A DNA stretch of 32,000 nt, taken from the NCBI RefSeq assembly GCF_008000775.2, contig NZ_CP042905.2, forward strand, positions 4,200,001-4,232,000, in the 5' to 3' direction. The stretch is from Promethearchaeum syntrophicum. Its GTDB lineage: Archaea > Asgardarchaeota > Lokiarchaeia > Sigyniarchaeales > Promethearchaeaceae. Positions 16,651 to 23,232 of this stretch are shown piece after piece. The position numbers were made by a program, and so were the translations under genes. The notes below the pieces were generated by a model. It was not told the DNA's origin, did no database searches, and saw only the letters and a program-made list of their open reading frames with translations. How positions within the stretch are numbered: the first letter of the stretch is position 1; each line of letters starts with the position of its first letter.

Positions 16651-17940
16651 ATGAATAGTGAAGATAAAAATAACTCTGCACGAAAAGTGGCTGAGGCTAT
16701 GGTTGACAATATGCAAGCAAATCAGCAAAATCCAAATTTTGATGATGAAAAAGAACGATCTTTTCAAGAAGCCAGGGATAAAGTATTTGCTAATAGAAAG
16801 ATAATTAATATTGGGATAATTGGGTGTGGAGGAATTGCTAAAAATCATGCATTTTCCATTAGTTTGTTAGAAAATAATGCCCGAAAAATCTGGAAATGGA
16901 AAGAGTCTAAACAAAAAATCAAACCTGTTTTATATGCTTTAGCGGATATTGAAGGAAGTAAAGCAGAAGAATTTGCACAACATTTTCCCGCAAAAAAAAT
17001 CTATAAAGGAGCGAATGCTGGCAATGAACTTATAGATGATCCTGATGTTGATGCGGTATTTATTCTTGTACCAACTGTTGACCATCTAGGATATGTTTTA
17101 AGAGCAGCTGAGAAGGGAAAACATATAATGCTTGAAAAACCGGCAGCTTTTTCGCCAGATGATATTCGAAAAATGATTGAAGCTAGAGATAAACATAAAG
17201 TAGTTCTCCAAGTAGGTTTAGTAATGCGAAGTTCTTCGCCAATTTATTACTTAAAGAAACTTCTCTCTGATAATAAGGAGAAATGGGGATCTTTAACCAA
17301 TATAGTTTACTCTGATTCCCAACAAAAACCCTACACAAATGATCCAACCCATCCTTCTACCTGGCGACGCGATAAAAATAAAGCCCATGCGGGAGTATTA
17401 TTTGAACATGATATTCATGATTTAGATGGGATGATATCCATTTTAGGGAAAGTGGATGAAGTTTATGCTAAAATTAAATATTTTGCCGGATATGCAGGAA
17501 TAGAAGATTCGGTAGCAGCTCTGGTCACTTTCAAAAACGGTGTAACTTTTTCAATGAATTGTATGTGGAATGATTTAAATTATGATTGTCGGAAATACGA
17601 AATATTTTTTGAAAAAGCCAAGATCAGAATTATTGCCGACGGTAGAGATGAAAAACTCGCAGAGGTTTTCGTTCAATATCTCGATGAACCAGAATATGAA
17701 ATTGAAATGAAAACGATGGATGATTATTTCTTTAAGCAGATTGGAATGCCACATGTGAAAGCAGAAATACCTGGACCTTATTACGCTGAAGATTTGAGAT
17801 TTATTATGGCGATTGTTGAAAACAATATAGAAAGTGAAATAAAAGCAGAATACGGAAAATATGTTCAAGAAGTGATTGAAGCTATATATCATAGCAACGA
17901 AATTGGTAATGTAGTTAAGATTAGGGAGAAATTATTATGA
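16651..17940 (+). CDS. Gfo/Idh/MocA-family NAD(P)-dependent oxidoreductase with N-terminal extension of about 50 aa
   Basis: INIGIIGCGGIAKNHA is the Rossmann motif. VDAVFILVPTVDH and the EKP motif (HIMLEKPAAFS) are present. The C-terminal alpha/beta domain includes LFEHDIHDLD. Confidence 0.85.
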   Translation: MNSEDKNNSARKVAEAMVDNMQANQQNPNFDDEKERSFQEARDKVFANRKIINIGIIGCGGIAKNHAFSISLLENNARKIWKWKESKQKIKPVLYALADIEGSKAEEFAQHFPAKKIYKGANAGNELIDDPDVDAVFILVPTVDHLGYVLRAAEKGKHIMLEKPAAFSPDDIRKMIEARDKHKVVLQVGLVMRSSSPIYYLKKLLSDNKEKWGSLTNIVYSDSQQKPYTNDPTHPSTWRRDKNKAHAGVLFEHDIHDLDGMISILGKVDEVYAKIKYFAGYAGIEDSVAALVTFKNGVTFSMNCMWNDLNYDCRKYEIFFEKAKIRIIADGRDEKLAEVFVQYLDEPEYEIEMKTMDDYFFKQIGMPHVKAEIPGPYYAEDLRFIMAIVENNIESEIKAEYGKYVQEVIEAIYHSNEIGNVVKIREKLL

Positions 17941-18398
17941 CAATAATAGAAACTGGGATAATATTTAAAGAAAAAAGCCTTTGTAAAGTTTATTTTAAAT
18001 CATCTAAGGAAATTCTTGGTGAAGATGAACGTAGTTTTTTAACGAAAACTATTGGGGTTCTAGCAAAATCGGATTTTGGTGATAAAATTCATAAATTTTC
18101 TATGGGAGCGAACAAAATCTTAATTAAATTAAAAGATTTAATTGTGATCGATGAGGATACTAAAGAAAAATCACATAGTCCACTTATAATTTATTGCATT
18201 GCAGGTAAGAAAACTGATCAAAATCAAGTAAACAAATGTATGGATGAGACTATCACTCAATTTTTGGCACAATTCAGTATTATTGATTTTGCATCTAAAG
18301 AGCCAAATAAATTTTCAGCTTTTAATGAACAATTAAAAAAAAATTTCCATGAAATTGCATCAAGACCAGAAGATAGGTTTAAGTCGATATTATTCTGA
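17937..18398 (+). CDS. hypothetical protein, possibly longin- or roadblock/MglB-like regulatory fold
   Basis: ATGA overlap (ATG 17937, upstream stop TGA 17938-17940) indicates translational coupling to the oxidoreductase gene. The predicted-by-eye element order is beta-beta (IIETGIIFKEKSLCKVYF), alpha (ERSFLTKTIGVLAKS), beta-beta-beta (IHKFSMGANKILIKLKD..LIIYCIAG), alpha (VNKCMDETITQFLAQF), alpha (NEQLKKNFHEIASR). This matches longin topology. There are no diagnostic motifs. Confidence 0.3.
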   Translation: MTIIETGIIFKEKSLCKVYFKSSKEILGEDERSFLTKTIGVLAKSDFGDKIHKFSMGANKILIKLKDLIVIDEDTKEKSHSPLIIYCIAGKKTDQNQVNKCMDETITQFLAQFSIIDFASKEPNKFSAFNEQLKKNFHEIASRPEDRFKSILF

Positions 18399-18507
18399 TC
18401 ACAGCCGTAGGGAAAAGAAATTTAAGTTACACTACCATATATTTATTAATTTCATTATATAATAAATCAGTTAATTGTATGATTTAGAAAGAATTCGGTG
18501 AAAAATA

Positions 18508-18759
18508 ATGGCACAATTCAGATTTCGGTTAACGGGTGTTCCACCTGACCAGGCTATCCGTCTTATTGACGTAGATCCAAACCAAACAATAGCGGAAATT
18601 AAGAAAGAAGTCCAAAGAGCATATAAGCTCAATCCAATTTTAGCAATTCAATTTATCTTCAAAGGAAAAGTCCTTCCTGATAACATTAAATTTTCAAAGG
18701 TCGGAATCTCATCTAAAAACGACGTAATTACCGTAATGGCCACGCAAGCGGGTGGATGA
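18508..18759 (+). CDS. ubiquitin-like beta-grasp small modifier ending in Gly-Gly immediately before the stop codon
   Basis: 83 aa. It aligns by eye with ubiquitin: FRFRLTGVPPDQAIRLIDVDPNQTIAEIKKEVQRAYKL.. vs [34 protein letters not shown].., and IQFIFKGKVLPDNIKFSKVGISSKNDVITVMATQAGG vs [42 protein letters not shown] TGA is at 18751-18759. Confidence 0.75.
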   Translation: MAQFRFRLTGVPPDQAIRLIDVDPNQTIAEIKKEVQRAYKLNPILAIQFIFKGKVLPDNIKFSKVGISSKNDVITVMATQAGG

Positions 18760-19306
18760 TCTAATTAATATGGTAGAAAAATATTGTAATTGATTTTTTT
18801 TTCTGATTAAACATTTTATCTAAGAGAACACGAGGAATTATTGATATTATTAGTCTATAAAAGACAAAAAATTTATATTTTGAGAACTATTATCCGAGTT
18901 AAGTAATTAATACGAGGTGTAATGTTGAATGATGGTAACAGGAAAAGAAAAGAGAAATCTCATTTTTGTGTCAAAACAACATACACTTAAGAAAATCTTT
19001 TTATTTTCTCACGTAATATTGTTGTAAATTTCACAGTAGTGCTGATTTATCTGAGAGGAGTTATTTACTAAAGAATTTCTAAAGTATGATTTGGAAATAT
19101 TGATAATTTTCTTTAATTTATCTTTTCAGATGAATTTCTCCTTGATTTTTCATTAATGATGCTTTATTGAATATTTTTCGAAATTTTTCTTGTTTCCGTT
19201 AATTTAGAAATAAATATCGAACTCCCCCTGGACTGCCCGATCAGGCAAACCATATTATTATAATTTTTTTCGGAAAAAAAAAACTAAACTCAAGTGATTT
19301 ATCACA

Positions 19307-20272
19307 ATGGACAACACTCACAATCAAAGAATTGGATTTGATTCCTCAAAAGATGGATTAGATTTTGATTCGATCAGTCAAAATCGCCAGTTTAAATCAA
19401 ATTTCCAACTAAAAGAAGTAACAGTGGCTCAAGCAAAAGAGCAATTGTTAGCAACTATGAAAATTGCAAAAGTGCTAAAGGTAATCGGTGGAGGAAAAGA
19501 AGCTACCGTTTTATTGGCACAAGAAAAAGATACCGGAGATCTGGTATGTGCAAAAGTATTTCGATACTATACAAGTACTATTAAAAAACGAATACTAGGC
19601 ACACATCACATCTCTGCGAATGGAATGGCTGGAATAGCTGCTTCCCAAGAATATTGGAATTTATATGGACTCTACAAAGCAGGAATTCCTGTTCCTAAAC
19701 CCAGATTGTTACTAAATAATATCACCGTCATGGATTTCATTGGATCTGATTATGATAAAACCGTTCCTGCACCATTATTACGAGATGTTGATGTTCGACA
19801 ATATGGTGATCCTGAAGAGATCTTCCATGAATCAATTGGTCTTTTAGCAGATATGTTCCTCAAAGCGCACTATATCCATGGTGACTACTCAGATCATAAT
19901 ATTTTGATAACAAGAAAGGGATTAATTACAATGGATGTTTCACAATCGGTTCAATATAATCAAAAAACCTTCGTCAATACACCAGTTCGTATTCGAATTG
20001 ATCAAGCAGTGGATATGTTACTGGTTGATATTGAAAATATAAATAAGGCATTTCGCCGAAATTATCGGTTGCAAATTAACTCCGATGAAGTTCTAAAAGA
20101 AATAACGAAGGAACTTCCACAACATTTACAAAACTATCTTTGTAATTCCGATGGCATTCCTATTCATTCAGAAGGGTTCTATGCACCTGAAATATATCTT
20201 GGAAAAGAACAGGTTCGACGAGACGGAGTTCGAAAACGATCTAATCGAAATTATCAGCGAAAAAAACGTTAA
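19307..20272 (+). CDS. RIO-type atypical serine protein kinase
   Basis: Nucleotide loop VIGGGKEATVLLA (cf. STGKEANVY), Lys in VCAKVFR, catalytic loop IHGDYSDHNILI (cf. HGDLSEYNIL), and metal-binding ITMDVSQSV (cf. IDxxQ). There is an N-terminal low-complexity region of about 55 aa and a basic C-terminal tail (RKRSNRNYQRKKR). Confidence 0.8.
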   Translation: MDNTHNQRIGFDSSKDGLDFDSISQNRQFKSNFQLKEVTVAQAKEQLLATMKIAKVLKVIGGGKEATVLLAQEKDTGDLVCAKVFRYYTSTIKKRILGTHHISANGMAGIAASQEYWNLYGLYKAGIPVPKPRLLLNNITVMDFIGSDYDKTVPAPLLRDVDVRQYGDPEEIFHESIGLLADMFLKAHYIHGDYSDHNILITRKGLITMDVSQSVQYNQKTFVNTPVRIRIDQAVDMLLVDIENINKAFRRNYRLQINSDEVLKEITKELPQHLQNYLCNSDGIPIHSEGFYAPEIYLGKEQVRRDGVRKRSNRNYQRKKR

Positions 20273-20336
20273 AAAAATATTCACTTAGTCTGATTAAAAT
20301 TCCTTAACAACTATAATTTTTTACTGATTTCATTAT

Positions 20337-20627
20337 TTAATTTTCTTCATCTTGTGAAAGTTTCTTTTGATTCCTTGAGCTTGGAGATAAATAATTAAGG
20401 ACAAAGCATATGCTAGGAATTATTGAAATAAATATTAATGCCATAAAAATACCGGTATCTCCAGAACTGGATATTACAATAGTTAAATTAATCATAAACA
20501 AGAGTAATACTACAGTTGTATAATATTTTCTAGTTGCAAAGTTAATTTCTGCCACACCTAATTTAAAATTAAATATGTTATAAACTTTAATGTCTATTTT
20601 CGAGTAGAGTGATACATTTCTTTCCAT
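20337..20627 (-). CDS. small membrane protein (2 TM), unknown function
   Basis: The track ORF 20337..20810 overlaps the 3' end of the upstream gene in another frame. Internal Met62 (MERNVSLYS..., ATG 20627) removes the overlap and leaves 96 aa with two hydrophobic helices (YYTTVVLLLFMINLTIVI; IFMALIFISIIPSICFVL). Confidence 0.4.
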   Translation of the reverse strand: MERNVSLYSKIDIKVYNIFNFKLGVAEINFATRKYYTTVVLLLFMINLTIVISSSGDTGIFMALIFISIIPSICFVLNYLSPSSRNQKKLSQDEEN

Positions 20628-20664
20628 AACTATAGAAATTGAAAAAAAAATTCCAAAAATCCTT

Positions 20665-21555
20665 TTATAGGGCTTTTTCAGTATTATCTTGCATGTTAGA
20701 TGAAACTTCGGTTTTATTGTACAACAATGATATTGTATAACCGAAAAAGTTGATAACGATAAACAAGTTTGAGACCAGATAGAAAATGGCATTCTGCACC
20801 AAAAAATCATAATAATTTATTGCTCTTGTGTAAGCAAAAGTCAACCCATCTATTCGAAAAAAATTTTCTAGCACCACTAACCCGAGGATTAAATTGATAA
20901 AAACCAGTATCAGTCCAGCCGTAAATAGGAAAAAACTGATTTTTTTAGAGAGAATTTTGTAATTTTTAAATAATAATTCCCCGAAAAAGGATAGGGCTCC
21001 AGCGACAGAGAGACTTAATATCAATCCCGCTAACATAAGATACCAAATCCGAGTCGGTTCAGGTATATATTGGGGGATATTAATCCAGTGGAACACATTC
21101 ACCACGAGATTTATTAATAAGATTATCACCCAAAAGAGAATTGGTAGAATAAAATATTTCTGGGTAAACCATTTTCCTGCATTCTTATTCCCTAAGCTTG
21201 CTTTTCCGATCTTGGAAAGAATTATAAAGATGATGATACCCAAAATTACAGCAATTGCCATAAATACTACTGAATTTAGTATGTAGCTTTGCATAGACTC
21301 ATTTGTGACCTCGGAAAGGGAAGAACCCCAATCAAAGATCAACATATTTATAATATACCTTGGATATTGAGAAAGAATCGAATGAGAAAGTCCGATAACT
21401 CCTTCACCTGGGTCCTCCCATCCCAACCATGTAGATAAAAATGGCGCTCCCGGTACATTATTTAGAAAGATAATACTCCCCATACAACCTATCAAAAAAA
21501 AAACTAGACTTATTAACACTCCTACGAGAATTTTTATTCCTTTTGACTTCATCAT
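20665..21555 (-). CDS. polytopic membrane protein, distant resemblance to Opp/Dpp-type ABC transporter permeases
   Basis: About 6 TM segments. An N-terminal TM is followed by a loop IINMLIFDWGSSLSEV (cf. permease l..l.gDfG.S). The C-terminal ...AINYYDFLVQNAIFYLVSNLFIVINFFGYTISLLYN resembles ...rDyp.vqg..l..a..f.l.Nll.D..Y...dP. No clear EAA loop is present and there is no ATPase or binding-protein gene nearby. Confidence 0.35.
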   Translation of the reverse strand: MMKSKGIKILVGVLISLVFFLIGCMGSIIFLNNVPGAPFLSTWLGWEDPGEGVIGLSHSILSQYPRYIINMLIFDWGSSLSEVTNESMQSYILNSVVFMAIAVILGIIIFIILSKIGKASLGNKNAGKWFTQKYFILPILFWVIILLINLVVNVFHWINIPQYIPEPTRIWYLMLAGLILSLSVAGALSFFGELLFKNYKILSKKISFFLFTAGLILVFINLILGLVVLENFFRIDGLTFAYTRAINYYDFLVQNAIFYLVSNLFIVINFFGYTISLLYNKTEVSSNMQDNTEKAL

Positions 21556-21748
21556 TTAGACATATCACTTCAGTTTATATTTTTTTGAGGCATAATTGTC
21601 CTCATGAAAAAGTTAAATTGAAAATATATAAAAATATGATAAATTTCATTATTAAGTTTTAGTATAGACAATATCGAGATAAATTAAATTAGATATTGTA
21701 ATTGCCCTTTTTCCAACCTAGCGCTATTCTTTTTTCTTCCATAAAATT

Positions 21749-22654
21749 TCATTGGAAGTCCTTAACATATTTCGCAGTATTATGGCCAATGTAAACCATC
21801 CAAACAATCAAGCCTATATGTAATATATCATTGGCAGTAAACCAGATTCCAAAACCCCAAAACCAACCGGAAATACCTAGTAGCAAATATCCAATATATA
21901 AAATCATGACAATTGCCAGAATAAGCCAAATTCGGATAAAGATTATATCCATCTTATTTTTTTCTGATCTATATCTTTTTACATTTTGAATCATAAAGAA
22001 AATAAAGCCAGGAATCAAAAATAAGACCAGCAATTCAAAGGAAAGCAAAAAATTTACGGGTAAGGCAATACCGACAGTTAATATAATCATATATATAATC
22101 GAATTAAATAATCCATACAACTGCATAGCGAAACGTTTTTTCCCTGCAACACAAGAATATGATTGGGCAAACATCATAGAATTTACGCTTGCAACTGAAA
22201 GCAACAAATACATAATTTCCAACCATGTCGTCCATAAACAATTTTCTTGATTAGCGCATTTTAATTCATAATTCAATGCTTGATAGCTAGTTCCAGCAAA
22301 AATCGCTCCAAGACCCCATAAAATAAGAGCCATTCCCCACCAAATCAAAGATTTTTGTTTATTGTTTTTACTTATTAATTTAATTCCGTAAAATATCGTA
22401 ATTACACCCAGAAAATATACAAAAAATGTTGAACTTGGTTCAGCAAAGATGAAAGTAATATTAAAAAAACTGAGTTCTATCCAAGAATGCGCTTCTAACC
22501 AGCTATCAGATGATAGTGGGGGTTCTATAAATAATTCATTTATTCTGTTCATCCAGATTAGAAAATAAAGAAATACAATGAAGATAAGAATGTTCATCCA
22601 ATAAAGAAATTTAAGAAATATGGTAGGATTATTCAGTTTTCTTAAAGATTCCAT
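21749..22654 (-). CDS. polytopic membrane protein (about 8 TM), unknown function
   Basis: 301-aa ORF dominated by hydrophobic segments. No motif was recognised. Confidence 0.55.
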   Translation of the reverse strand: MESLRKLNNPTIFLKFLYWMNILIFIVFLYFLIWMNRINELFIEPPLSSDSWLEAHSWIELSFFNITFIFAEPSSTFFVYFLGVITIFYGIKLISKNNKQKSLIWWGMALILWGLGAIFAGTSYQALNYELKCANQENCLWTTWLEIMYLLLSVASVNSMMFAQSYSCVAGKKRFAMQLYGLFNSIIYMIILTVGIALPVNFLLSFELLVLFLIPGFIFFMIQNVKRYRSEKNKMDIIFIRIWLILAIVMILYIGYLLLGISGWFWGFGIWFTANDILHIGLIVWMVYIGHNTAKYVKDFQ

Positions 22655-22792
22655 GATTCTACTTTGCGTTCTTGATTCATAAATATATTTCCGAAAAACA
22701 GATGTTTAGCAAGTTTATGAATTTAAAAAAGAGTTCTAAGATAATCTGAATATAGAAATCCCCGATGTAAAATTAAGAAATAATGAGTATTC

Positions 22793-23107
22793 TTAGAGAT
22801 TTAAACGATTTTTTATTGTATTTTTCCACTGGATAACTAAAAGTTCTCCAGATTTTGTGTTATATCTATCTGTAGTAAAAGAAACTTCTTCAACATTACC
22901 GAAATCTTGTTCAACAAGCTTTAAGCATGCATCAATGTTTTTAATTTGGGAACCAATTCCGTGCTTGTGCTGGATAAAAACAGTGGAGGATTTTTCGTTT
23001 TGGCGAATAAAACTGTCTACTTTCTCTTCAAAATTTAGAATATTTGATGGTTTCTTCTCACTTAATACTAATGTATGAAGATTTGCATTATTTTTATTAG
23101 GATTCAC
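22793..23107 (-). CDS. small hypothetical protein with weak Smr (small MutS-related nicking endonuclease)-like motif pattern
   Basis: 104 aa. NLHTLVLSE (cf. Smr DLHGLtveE), about 35 aa, then VFIQHKHGIGS (cf. viIHGKGthS), then IKNIDACLKLVEQ..VEEVSF and SGELLVIQW (cf. Lk.aV..wL....V..f / G.GaT.V.L). It is co-directional with, and 125 bp downstream of, the 23233..25602 methyltransferase. The TATA-like ttttaaata sits about 25 nt upstream of its ATG. The shadow ORF 22857..23078 (+) was rejected. Confidence 0.3.
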   Translation of the reverse strand: MNPNKNNANLHTLVLSEKKPSNILNFEEKVDSFIRQNEKSSTVFIQHKHGIGSQIKNIDACLKLVEQDFGNVEEVSFTTDRYNTKSGELLVIQWKNTIKNRLNL

Positions 23108-23232
23108 TTACAAGTAGACCTCTTCTATTTAAAATAGTAATCGAATGGTATGCATTTAAGTGTTATGCTTATAGGATTATTAAATATTCTGCAAATTGGA
23201 ATAATGATTAGAAATTTCAGATTTTTCATGTG

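Noticed and set aside
16561-16848. 95-aa minus-strand ORF spanning the junction of the 15649..16635 and 16651..17940 genes
   Set aside because: It is antisense to two better-supported plus-strand genes and has no motifs.
17575-17892. 105-aa minus-strand ORF inside the oxidoreductase gene
   Set aside because: It is a shadow ORF antisense to a Gfo/Idh/MocA CDS. Its Phe/Ile-rich translation is typical of AT-rich antisense frames.
20628-20810. N-terminal 61-codon extension of ORF 20337..20810 overlapping the 3' end of 20665..21555
   Set aside because: It is an out-of-frame overlap with a better-supported membrane-protein gene. The internal Met removes the overlap.
22857-23078. 73-aa plus-strand ORF overlapping the small Smr-like ORF
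   Set aside because: The minus-strand frame is longer, has a plausible TATA-like element upstream, and has a more protein-like composition. The two cannot both be real. The choice is not fully certain.
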